18,802 bases of DNA from Deltaproteobacteria bacterium (lineage in GTDB: Bacteria; Myxococcota_A; Polyangia; DRWM01). The translations under genes and the position numbers were made by a program. Below are positions 8,164 through 15,830 of the stretch, one piece after another. Location of the stretch: positions 1 through 18,802 of the forward strand of contig JAFDER010000023.1 in NCBI GenBank assembly GCA_019310245.1, written 5' to 3'. The notes under the pieces were generated by a model. The model had not been told where the DNA came from. It searched no databases and worked only from the letters and a program-made list of their open reading frames with translations. Within the stretch, counting starts at the first letter, position 1. The number at the start of each line of letters is the position of its first letter.

Positions 8164-9616
8164 CGTCCGGCTCGACGCTCACGCTCTCGAGCTGCGGGCC
8201 GTTCCAGGCGATGAACGTCAGCACCTCCCCCTCGAAGATCACCGGGCAGGCGATCGCGTCCCACGATCCCACGGGCGCGCCGTCGAGCGTCATGACGTCC
8301 TTGCCATGCTCCCTGAGAGCAGCGGCCACGTGTGCGCCCGATGCCGAGAACGCGATCGTGCAGGCCCGCAGCTCGTCACCGGCCGGCCCGAGCAGTCGAT
8401 CCCGCGCGAACAGACGCGATCGCCCCGCCTCGAGCACGGAGGCGGCGAGCGCTCCGTGCGGACCGGGCACGAGCTTGAAGACGCGCTGGAAGCGCCCCGC
8501 CTCCGTCCATTCGCCCGAGCCTGCCGTTGCCCGCAGCAGGACGCGGCGGGCACCGTCGCGGGCCACCATGGCCATGCGGCCCTCGCCGAGGAAGACGAAT
8601 TCCTCGATGGCCTTCCATGCCGCCCCGGCCGTGCCGTCCACGACGAGCCTCCAGCCCTCGGCCGTCATTGCCTCGTAGGCCAGCAGACCGCCGTCCGGTG
8701 AGAATGCAGGCGAGGCCACGGCCTTCCACGGGCCCTGCCTCTCGGCTCCGCGCACCACGTACCACGCGCCCTGCTGATCGCGCGCCGCGTAGGCCCACTC
8801 CAGCCCGCCGCGCGAGCACGCCACCTCTCCCACCCGGTCGAATCCCGGGCCCGCAACGCCCTCGAGCACGAACCTCTCCCCGTCCGGACCCCGCTCCACC
8901 CAGGCCAGGGCCTCGACGTCCCCCCTTCCGGGTGGCCTGGGCGTGACGAGCCTGATGCCGTCGGCGGTGGCAACCGCCTGGCCGTCGACGAGGAGGCTCT
9001 CGACGCCGTCATCCCGGGCGATGACCACGAGAGCGCCACCCGCCGTCCACGGGCTCTCCATCAAGAGGGCGTCGTGGCCGGAACCCTTCTTGATCTTGCC
9101 GTCCGTCACAACGTACTGGCCGCTTTTCCAGTTTCCCAGCCAGACGAGCCTGCCTCCGTCCGGCGAGAACCAGGGACCGGGGCCGCCGTTCACCTCGACT
9201 TGCTCGGAGTAGTGACCCGGATCGCCGAGCGCCTGGCCGTCCACCACGATCTGGTACTTGCCAAAGCCCTTCTTGCCCCAGGTGACCGTGACGAACGCGG
9301 TCCGTCCGTCCACGGGATGGAACGTCACGCTCCGGGAGGGAATGTGGCCAAAGGCACCCAGGGTGGCGCCGCTCACGTGAACGCGGCGCGGCCCGAGCTT
9401 GTCGTCGGCGCCGCCTCCCGTCCCCACGCCTCTGTCGTCGAATGTGGTGACCGCAAGCCAGTGGTCGAGATCCGGGCTCACGACGAGGTCCACGACCTTC
9501 TCGCCGGGCTCGATCGCGAGCAACACCTGCCTCTCGACGACCTGGACCGGACCGGTGGGAGATGCCGCGAGCATGGTGGCGGCCAGGGCGAGGAGGATCG
9601 GAGCGCGTCGATTCAC
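8147..9616 (-). CDS. secreted beta-propeller-like protein (PD40/TolB-like FSPDG repeats)
   Basis: Track ORF 8147..9727 trimmed, because its first ~37 codons run through the AT-rich promoter island. GTG 9616 gives (M)NRRAPILLALAATMLAASPTGP, a signal peptide, but the start is uncertain. Repeated motifs are PWFSPDGGRLVWLG, PAFSPDGGLLAYEA and IAFSASGAHVAAAL, with regularly spaced Gly/Trp-rich strands. Confidence 0.65.
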   Translation of the reverse strand: MNRRAPILLALAATMLAASPTGPVQVVERQVLLAIEPGEKVVDLVVSPDLDHWLAVTTFDDRGVGTGGGADDKLGPRRVHVSGATLGAFGHIPSRSVTFHPVDGRTAFVTVTWGKKGFGKYQIVVDGQALGDPGHYSEQVEVNGGPGPWFSPDGGRLVWLGNWKSGQYVVTDGKIKKGSGHDALLMESPWTAGGALVVIARDDGVESLLVDGQAVATADGIRLVTPRPPGRGDVEALAWVERGPDGERFVLEGVAGPGFDRVGEVACSRGGLEWAYAARDQQGAWYVVRGAERQGPWKAVASPAFSPDGGLLAYEAMTAEGWRLVVDGTAGAAWKAIEEFVFLGEGRMAMVARDGARRVLLRATAGSGEWTEAGRFQRVFKLVPGPHGALAASVLEAGRSRLFARDRLLGPAGDELRACTIAFSASGAHVAAALREHGKDVMTLDGAPVGSWDAIACPVIFEGEVLTFIAWNGPQLESVSVEPDGAGPG

Positions 9617-9692
9617 GCCCGGCAGGATATCAGGTTCGTCCCGGGCCGCAACAGCATCGCTCTTCCCTGCAAACCGCAAGAAAATGGTGATC

Positions 9693-9720
9693 TTGACTGC
9701 CTGCAAAATGTATTTATACT
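9693..9720 (+). promoter_or_regulatory. sigma70-type promoter of the ABC-2/GldG-like operon
   Basis: TTGACT (9693-9698), a 16-nt spacer, then TATACT (9715-9720), in an AT-rich island about 60 nt upstream of ATG 9781. Confidence 0.55.
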
Positions 9721-9742
9721 GTCCCACCTCACAAGGTCTGAA
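9713..9742 (-). promoter_or_regulatory. candidate divergent promoter for the beta-propeller gene
   Basis: On the minus strand: TTCAGA (9737-9742), an 18-nt spacer, then TATAAA (9713-9718). This -10 overlaps the plus-strand -10. Confidence 0.3.
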
Positions 9743-9780
9743 CGAGGTCTAGTCCCCTGAAAACATTGAGGAGTGGCTCG

Positions 9781-10740
9781 ATGGTTCAATCACGGGAAAC
9801 GATGATCGAGGTGACGGACGTCACGAAGTTCTACGGCCCCATCAAGGCCGTGGATTCGCTGAGCTTCCGGCTCGAAAGGGGCGAGGTGCTCGGCTTCCTC
9901 GGACCCAACGGTGCCGGCAAGACGACGACGATGAAGATCCTCACCTGCTACATGCCGCCCACGACGGGACGCGCCACCGTGAAGGGCAAGGACGTGTTCC
10001 GCGACGCCCTCGAGGTGCGCAGCCTCATCGGGTACCTGCCGGAGAACGCCCCCCTGTACCACGACATGACGGCACGCGAGTACCTGCGCTTCATCGCCGA
10101 GATGAGGCAGATCGACACGCGTGACATCGTGCGCAGGATCAAGCACGTCACCAGGACATGCGGGCTCGATGGCGTCCTCGACCGCATGATCGGCACCCTG
10201 TCGAAGGGCTACCGGCAGCGCGTCGGCCTGGCGCAGGCCATGATCCATGACCCGGAGATCCTGATCCTGGACGAGCCGACGAGCGGTCTCGACCCGAACC
10301 AGATCGTCGAGATGCGAAACCTCATCAAGGAGATCGGGAAGCGCAAGACCGTCATCCTCTCCACGCACAACCTCTCCGAGGTCCAGGCCTCGGCCACGCG
10401 GGTGCTCATCATCCACCGGGGCAAGATCGTGACAGACGCCTCGACGGACCAGATCCAGAAGACGAGGGGCCGCAACCGCTACGAGGTCGTGCTCGCCGCC
10501 GAGGACGGAAGCCGCGAGGAGCTGCGCAAGGCCCTGCGCGGGATCGACGAGGTGGAGAAGGTCGATGCGATCGACGTCAAGGAGGAGGACGTCTGGTCCT
10601 TCGAGATCCTCGGCAAGACGGACGCCGACCTGAGGCGTCCGATCTTCAAGTTCGCCGTGGATGGAGGTCACACGCTCCTCGAGCTCAAGCCCGAGAAGGC
10701 GAGCCTCGAGTCCGTGTTCATGGAACTGACGCGGGAATAG
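9781..10740 (+). CDS. ABC transporter ATP-binding protein (ABC-2 / GldA-like type)
   Basis: ATG 9781 lies 7 nt after GAGGAG (9768-9773). ATG 9802 (MIEVTDV...) is an alternative. It has Walker A GPNGAGKTT, signature LSKGYRQR, Walker B ILILDEPTSGLD, H-loop STHNL, and a C-terminal regulatory-type domain. Confidence 0.9.
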   Translation: MVQSRETMIEVTDVTKFYGPIKAVDSLSFRLERGEVLGFLGPNGAGKTTTMKILTCYMPPTTGRATVKGKDVFRDALEVRSLIGYLPENAPLYHDMTAREYLRFIAEMRQIDTRDIVRRIKHVTRTCGLDGVLDRMIGTLSKGYRQRVGLAQAMIHDPEILILDEPTSGLDPNQIVEMRNLIKEIGKRKTVILSTHNLSEVQASATRVLIIHRGKIVTDASTDQIQKTRGRNRYEVVLAAEDGSREELRKALRGIDEVEKVDAIDVKEEDVWSFEILGKTDADLRRPIFKFAVDGGHTLLELKPEKASLESVFMELTRE

Positions 10741-10748
10741 GAGGAGAC

Positions 10749-11477
10749 ATGCAGCGCACAATCTCCATCGCGAAACGTGAGTTCTTCGCCTACTTCAACA
10801 GCCCCATCGCCTATATCGTACTCACGGTCTTCCTCCTTGCGGTCGGGATCCTGTTCTTCATCATGAGCGGGTTCTTCATCGTCAACGAGGCCACGATGCG
10901 GGGCTTCTTCAACGCGTTCCACCACCCCATGTTCCCGGTCTTCCCGCTCTTCGCAGCCGCGGTGACCATGAGGCTCATCGCGGAGGAGAAGAGGCAGGGC
11001 ACCTTCGAGATCCTCGTCACCCTGCCCGTCAGGGACGTGGAGATCATCCTGGGCAAGTACCTGGCGGCGCTCATGTTCCTCGCCGCCGTGCTCATCCTCA
11101 CGCTCGGCTATCCCATCACCGTGTCCTTGGCCGCCGACATGGACTGGGGCCCCATCCTGGGCGGATACATGGGGCTGCTGCTCCTCGGCGCCAGCTACCT
11201 GGCCATCGGGCTCCTGGCATCATCGCTGACCGAGCACCAGGTCATCGCCTTCTTCTCGGCGATCGTGATCTCGTTCTCCTTCTATTACGTCAGCTACTCG
11301 TCGGCCTTCCTGCCGGCCAGCATCGCTTCATTCGTCCAGTACATGAGCTTCACATACCACTTCAACAACCTCTCGCGCGGCGTCGTGGATTCGCGGGACG
11401 TGCTGTTCTTCCTGAGCATCATCGTCGCGGCGCTGGCGGGTGCCACCCTCGCCCTCAAGGCGAGGAAGTGGAGGTAG
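10749..11477 (+). CDS. ABC-2 family transporter permease (GldF-like)
   Basis: ATG 10749 is preceded by GGAGGAG. About six hydrophobic helices are present. It lies 8 nt after the ATPase stop, and the position and size (242 aa) are typical of ABC-2 permeases. Confidence 0.8.
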   Translation: MQRTISIAKREFFAYFNSPIAYIVLTVFLLAVGILFFIMSGFFIVNEATMRGFFNAFHHPMFPVFPLFAAAVTMRLIAEEKRQGTFEILVTLPVRDVEIILGKYLAALMFLAAVLILTLGYPITVSLAADMDWGPILGGYMGLLLLGASYLAIGLLASSLTEHQVIAFFSAIVISFSFYYVSYSSAFLPASIASFVQYMSFTYHFNNLSRGVVDSRDVLFFLSIIVAALAGATLALKARKWR

Positions 11478-11481
11478 GGCC

Positions 11482-13296
11482 ATGTCGATAGATGAAAGAA
11501 GCAAGGCATCCGGCGAGAACATCCTCTTCTACGTCGTGCTGCTGGCCATCCTCGTGGTGGCGAACATCGTCGGTGTGCGCCTGTTCTGGCGTGCGGACCT
11601 GACCGCCAACGAGCAGTACTCGCTCTCGGACGCGTCCGTGCAGGTCGTGCGCAACCTGGACGACAAGCTCGTCGTGAAGGCGTACTTCACCAGGAACCTG
11701 CCGCCGCCCTTCAACGCCACGGAACGCTACGTGCGCGACCTTCTGCAGGAGTACGAGAGCCGCTCCAAGGGCAGGATGAAGGTGGTCTTCATCGACCCCT
11801 CCGACGAGACCACGGCGGAGGAGGCGCGCCAGGCGGGGATCACGGAGGTCACGCACCAGGTGATCGAGAAGGACCAGGCATCCGAGAAGAAGGGCTTCAG
11901 GGGCATGCTCTTCTCCTACCTGGGCGAGACGCAGAAGATCCCGGTCATCAGGGACACGAAGGGGCTCGAGTACGACATCACGAACATCATCATGCTCATG
12001 AGCCAGGACAAGCGGAAGGTCGGGTTCCTGCAGGGTCACGGCGAGCCCAGGACGTTCTCGCCGCCGCAGGATCCGTCGAACCCCCAGCCCCAGGAGCCGG
12101 CCGGCCTGGCGATGACGCGCGCGGAGCTCCAGCAGTACCAGGTGCGCGACACGAACCTCTCGGCCGGCAGCATTCCCGTGTCCGAGGAGCTCGAGGCGCT
12201 CGTCATCGTGGCGCCGCAGGAACCCATCAGCGACCTGGAGCTCTTCCGCATCGATCAGTTCATCATGAAGGGTGGCAACGTTGCCTTCTTCACCGAGGGC
12301 ATCCGCGTGGACACGTCCATGGGCATGCTGAACACGAAGCCCACCGAGGCGGGCTACGAGGAGTTCCTCGCCCACTTCGGCGTCAAGATCAACCAGAACG
12401 TCGTCTTCGATCCACAGTGCGACACCCTGCCCGTGCGCGGGCCGCTGGGCATCCCGCTGGCCAAGCGCTACCCGGGCTGGCCCATGGCCGAGATCCGCAA
12501 CGAGCACCCCTCGACCTTCCGCCTGCCCGTGCTCACCTTCCCGTGGGTCTCGAGCCTGGAGATCCTCGACAAGCCGACCGCCGGCAACGTCAAGGCCACC
12601 ATCCTCGCCAGGAGCACACCAGAGTCCTGGACCGAGACGGGCGACATCGACCTGGATCCCAACCAGGACTGGAAGTCCGCCTACGAGAAGGCCACGAACA
12701 GGGGCCAGAGCGTGCTGGCCGTGGCCATCGAGGGCACGTTCAAGAGCTTCTTCGACGGCAAGGACCTGCCCAAGCCGTCAGCCGAGGCCGGCGCGCTGCC
12801 CGAGGATCTCTCGGCAGGGTTCGTGGCCAGGCGCGAGAAGCCCGGCAGGATCCTCGTGGCCGGCAGCGGCCAGATGGTCATCGACCCCGTGGTGCAGATC
12901 CTGCAGAAGCTGCACGGCGCGCGGGAGCGCAGCGCGAACCTGGCCTTCACGGTCAACACCGTGGACTGGCTCACGGCAAATGAGGGTCTCATCGCGGTGC
13001 GCGTCAAGGGCGTCGAGAACCCGAGGCTCAACATCGAGAAGGAATCAACGCGTACGCTCCTGAAGTACGGCAACATCCTCGGATGGCCGCTGCTCGTGAT
13101 CGCCATCGGCCTGGCGTACTGGAGCCTGAGGACCCGCCGCCGGAGCGAGAGGAAAGAGGCCTCCCCGGGCCCCGCGAGGGACGAGGACGAGGACGAGGCG
13201 GCCGATGAGGAAGCCGAGGGCGAGGAGACCGAGAAGAACGAGGACGAGGACTCCGAGGACGAGGCCCACGAGGCCTCGGACGACAAGGACGAGTAG
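11482..13296 (+). CDS. GldG-like ABC-transporter auxiliary component (ABC_transp_aux type), with acidic C-terminal tail
   Basis: Track ORF 11440..13296 trimmed to ATG 11482, with GGAGG 7 nt upstream. It has an N-terminal TM (ILFYVVLLAILVVANIV), a large periplasmic domain, a C-terminal TM (ILGWPLLVIAIGLAYWSL) and a D/E-rich tail. Architecture and position after the ABC-2 permease match GldG-family proteins. Confidence 0.7.
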   Translation: MSIDERSKASGENILFYVVLLAILVVANIVGVRLFWRADLTANEQYSLSDASVQVVRNLDDKLVVKAYFTRNLPPPFNATERYVRDLLQEYESRSKGRMKVVFIDPSDETTAEEARQAGITEVTHQVIEKDQASEKKGFRGMLFSYLGETQKIPVIRDTKGLEYDITNIIMLMSQDKRKVGFLQGHGEPRTFSPPQDPSNPQPQEPAGLAMTRAELQQYQVRDTNLSAGSIPVSEELEALVIVAPQEPISDLELFRIDQFIMKGGNVAFFTEGIRVDTSMGMLNTKPTEAGYEEFLAHFGVKINQNVVFDPQCDTLPVRGPLGIPLAKRYPGWPMAEIRNEHPSTFRLPVLTFPWVSSLEILDKPTAGNVKATILARSTPESWTETGDIDLDPNQDWKSAYEKATNRGQSVLAVAIEGTFKSFFDGKDLPKPSAEAGALPEDLSAGFVARREKPGRILVAGSGQMVIDPVVQILQKLHGARERSANLAFTVNTVDWLTANEGLIAVRVKGVENPRLNIEKESTRTLLKYGNILGWPLLVIAIGLAYWSLRTRRRSERKEASPGPARDEDEDEAADEEAEGEETEKNEDEDSEDEAHEASDDKDE

Positions 13297-13310
13297 AAGA
13301 GGGTCGACCC

Positions 13311-14555
13311 ATGAACTGGCGCAATTCGCTCATCGCACTGGCCGTGCTGGCCGTGCTGATCGTGGTTCTGTTCATCGTGTTCAAGGAGCAGCCCGCCGAG
13401 GAGATGACGGCGAGCTTCCCCGAGATCAAGAAGGACCACGTCACGAAGATCTGGATGAAGAACCCCGTGCCGCCCACGCCGGAGGAGGAGAAAGAGGGTG
13501 GGAAGACCCTCTTCGAGGAGACCACCTTCGAGCGCGAGGGCGAGGGCGAGGACGCCACGTGGAAGCTCACGAGCCCGGTCGAGTACCCGGCCTACGACTC
13601 CTACGTCGACACCCTGCTCACGCGGCTCGAGGAGATCACGCTCGCCGGCGTCGCCGTGGAGAGCAAGGCCAACTGGGCGGCGCTCGAGGTGGATCCCGAG
13701 CAGGCGGTCCACGTGAAGATCTGGGCCGGCAAGGCCCAGCTCGCCGAGTTCTTCCTCGGGGCCTACAAGACGGGCCACACCATGATCCGCCTGGCCGACG
13801 ACGAGCGCGTCTTCAAGGTCCAGGGCTCGATCCGCTACATCTTCGGCAAGCGCACGCGGGACTGGCGGGACAAGACGATCCTCGAGCACGACGTGGAGCA
13901 CGTAACGCAGGTCACGTACCTGAGCGGTGAGACCCGTCTCGCCTTCGAGAAGCAGGAGGACTGGTCGCAGGTCCTGGACAAGGACGAGGAGGCGATCGAG
14001 CACTTCAATCCCAAGAAGGTAAAGTCGTTCATCTCGTCGCTGGCGCGCCTGCGTGCCGCCGATTTCACCGACGGGGTCAAGCCCGAGGACGTGGGGCTCG
14101 CTCCCCCGGTGGGCGAGGTCCTCTTCACCCTGCACATCCCGGCCGACGAGCCCGAGGTCAAGGACGCCGAGGACGTGAAGGCCGAGCAGGATGCGGGCAC
14201 GGATCCCATGGAGCCCGCCTACGCCATCGAGAACGTCCGGATCCTCGTGGGCGAGACCAAGGACGACACGCAGACCTACATCATGGTGGAGGGCAACCCC
14301 CAGATCTTCCTCGTCACGAGCCACCTGGCCGAGAGGATCCTGCCGACGGCGGACAAGTTCGCCACGCCTCCTCGCGAGGAGGGCGACGCACCACCGCCTG
14401 GCCCTCCGATGGGAATGGGCCCGCCCATGGGCATGGACCCGTCCATGGGAATGAAGGGCGGCGGCTCGATCCCGCCGGAGGTGATGAAGCAGCTGCAGGC
14501 CGAGATCGCCAAGCAGAAGATGATGAAGCAGATGATGAAGAAGCCCGCCCCCTGA
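13311..14555 (+). CDS. DUF4340-like membrane-anchored protein with Met-rich C-terminal tail
   Basis: ATG 13311. An N-terminal TM anchor (LIALAVLAVLIVVLFIVF) precedes a ~330-aa extracytoplasmic domain. The position directly after a GldG-like gene is the usual DUF4340 context. The family call rests on context and architecture, not on a motif. Confidence 0.55.
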   Translation: MNWRNSLIALAVLAVLIVVLFIVFKEQPAEEMTASFPEIKKDHVTKIWMKNPVPPTPEEEKEGGKTLFEETTFEREGEGEDATWKLTSPVEYPAYDSYVDTLLTRLEEITLAGVAVESKANWAALEVDPEQAVHVKIWAGKAQLAEFFLGAYKTGHTMIRLADDERVFKVQGSIRYIFGKRTRDWRDKTILEHDVEHVTQVTYLSGETRLAFEKQEDWSQVLDKDEEAIEHFNPKKVKSFISSLARLRAADFTDGVKPEDVGLAPPVGEVLFTLHIPADEPEVKDAEDVKAEQDAGTDPMEPAYAIENVRILVGETKDDTQTYIMVEGNPQIFLVTSHLAERILPTADKFATPPREEGDAPPPGPPMGMGPPMGMDPSMGMKGGGSIPPEVMKQLQAEIAKQKMMKQMMKKPAP

Positions 14556-14561
14556 ACAACC

Positions 14562-15110
14562 TTGCCCCTCGCATTCCCCTCGCTCAGCCACGGAACCGTC
14601 GCCTTCGGGTTCTTCAACATCGACGTCGACATGCTGCTCCTGGACCGGCTGTTCTTCTTCGCGCACGATTTCTGCCTCTCGGTCGTGGAGCTCGGCGCAG
14701 GAGGCCGTCCGTCCATCCCGGGCTGGCACATCCCGGACCAGGAGGACATCGGCAACCTGCACGGCGCCATCGCCGGCGCGGATCTCTCGGGCTTCATCGG
14801 CGCCACGTACGAGCGCTGGCCGTTCCCGGAGGCGCCGGAGGACTTCAAGCAGGATCCCGGCGGTCACGTGAACCGCGCCGCGGCGCGGGAGATGATCCTC
14901 GGCTTCGGCGCCGAGAAGACGATCGACCTGGTCCGGGACGGGAGGACGGGCCGCGTCACGCTCGACGAGTACGCGTTCGACCGCCCGGAGTTCGCGGCGC
15001 TCCTGGCATACGTGGATCGCGGCGGCTACCCGCGCTGGCTCGACGAGGTACGCCCCCACTACGTCCTCGACATGATGGAGGCGGACGCTGTAAGATCGAT
15101 TCTGTCATGA
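14562..15110 (+). CDS. hypothetical protein, no signal peptide, unrecognised family (182 aa)
   Basis: High GC3 from the first codon. The only possible start in the open frame is TTG 14562, with no SD, until ATG 14631. It is in the same frame as the upstream gene, 2 codons after that gene's TGA. Its stop overlaps the next start (ATGA at 15107-15110). Confidence 0.55.
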   Translation: MPLAFPSLSHGTVAFGFFNIDVDMLLLDRLFFFAHDFCLSVVELGAGGRPSIPGWHIPDQEDIGNLHGAIAGADLSGFIGATYERWPFPEAPEDFKQDPGGHVNRAAAREMILGFGAEKTIDLVRDGRTGRVTLDEYAFDRPEFAALLAYVDRGGYPRWLDEVRPHYVLDMMEADAVRSILS

Positions 15111-15466
15111 GCAGACTCGTCATCATGGCCGGCTTCGCTGCGGCTCTGGCCGCGGGCTGTGCCGGCAAGGCCGTCCCCAGGTCGTACGGCGACGAGGTGA
15201 TGGACGCTGTGCGCGGCCGCATGAGCCCCATGAAGGAGTGCTACGCCACGGCCTTTGTGGACGATCCGTCGCTCGAGGGCCGCGTCAGGTTCACCTTCAC
15301 CATCGACGCGACGGGCCGCGTGATGAGTGCCTACGCCGAGAACGAGGGGGACAGGCCCCTGCCCGCGTCCGTGACGGACTGCATCCTCGAGGTGCTCGAG
15401 GCCACGCCCTTCCCGCCTCCCGAGGGCGAGGAGGATCCCACGTTCGCCTTCCCGATGACGTTCTAG
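15107..15466 (+). CDS. lipoprotein with AgmX/PglI C-terminal-like (TonB-C-like) domain (119 aa)
   Basis: MSRLVIMAGFAAALAAGCAG is a signal peptide plus lipobox. The pattern CY...DPSLEGRVRFTFTIDATGRV...C...FPPPEG...FAFPMTF resembles the myxobacterial AgmX/PglI tail consensus as I recall it. Confidence 0.55.
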   Translation: MSRLVIMAGFAAALAAGCAGKAVPRSYGDEVMDAVRGRMSPMKECYATAFVDDPSLEGRVRFTFTIDATGRVMSAYAENEGDRPLPASVTDCILEVLEATPFPPPEGEEDPTFAFPMTF

Positions 15467-15473
15467 ATCCCGT

Positions 15474-15496
15474 GGCCCTGAGCCTGTCGAAGGGCC
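15474..15496 (+). repeat. REP-like palindromic element, copy e (canonical)
   Basis: GGCCCTgagcctgtcgaAGGGCC forms a 6-bp stem with an 11-nt loop. It fills most of the 34-nt gap between the convergent stops at 15466 (+) and 15501 (-). Confidence 0.75.
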
Positions 15497-15500
15497 CGCC

Positions 15501-15830
15501 TCACGGCATGACGAGCTGATCGAAGCCGCACTCCACCCACTGCTCCTTCGTCTTGGCGTTGGCCAGGCAGTCCACCTCCTTCGGATCGAGCTCGAGACAC
15601 TTCTGCATGAACTCCCCCGAGTCGAGCTTCTGGTGCATCCGGCCCTCCATGGTCGCGCGGTCGACGCGATCGTCCTCGGGCTTGAGCTTCTGCAGCTCGT
15701 CCACGATTCCAGCGCTGATCAGGATCACGCGGTCCTTGAGCTTCTCGCAGTCCTTCTCCTGCTGGCGCTTTCCGCAGCCCACGAGCAGGAAGAGGCATGC
15801 GAACGTCACGAGGGCATGGAGGGGCTTCAT
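15501..15830 (-). CDS. small lipoprotein with four conserved-looking Cys (109 aa)
   Basis: Track ORF 15501..16202 trimmed to ATG 15830, with GAGGAG 5 nt upstream. That ATG overlaps the upstream TGA as ATGA. MKPLHALVTFACLFLLVGCG is a signal peptide plus lipobox. Confidence 0.7.
   Translation of the reverse strand: MKPLHALVTFACLFLLVGCGKRQQEKDCEKLKDRVILISAGIVDELQKLKPEDDRVDRATMEGRMHQKLDSGEFMQKCLELDPKEVDCLANAKTKEQWVECGFDQLVMP

Noticed and set aside
7979-8701. Plus-strand ORF 7979..8701 (240 aa) starting right after the strong GGGGGAGG.
   Set aside because: Beyond 8147 it is antisense to the well-supported beta-propeller gene and has a shadow-ORF composition. Only the alternative 48-codon frame ending at the hairpin was kept, as a low-confidence candidate.
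14553-14555. The in-frame TGA read as a selenocysteine codon.
   Set aside because: I could not find a convincing SECIS-like stem-loop immediately downstream. The surrounding sequence (KKPAP-TGA-TTLPLAF) is a low-complexity tail rather than a redox-motif context. Read-through or reinitiation remains open and is reported separately.
11455-15059. Very long antisense ORFs 12681..15059 (-, 792 aa) and 11455..12507 (-, 350 aa) opposite the GldG-like, DUF4340-like and orphan genes.
   Set aside because: They have no recognisable domains, their composition is dominated by R/G/E/L/H, and they have no SD. The plus strand has an ordered operon with SDs, TM anchors and tight junctions. These are shadow ORFs caused by the GC3 bias of the sense genes.
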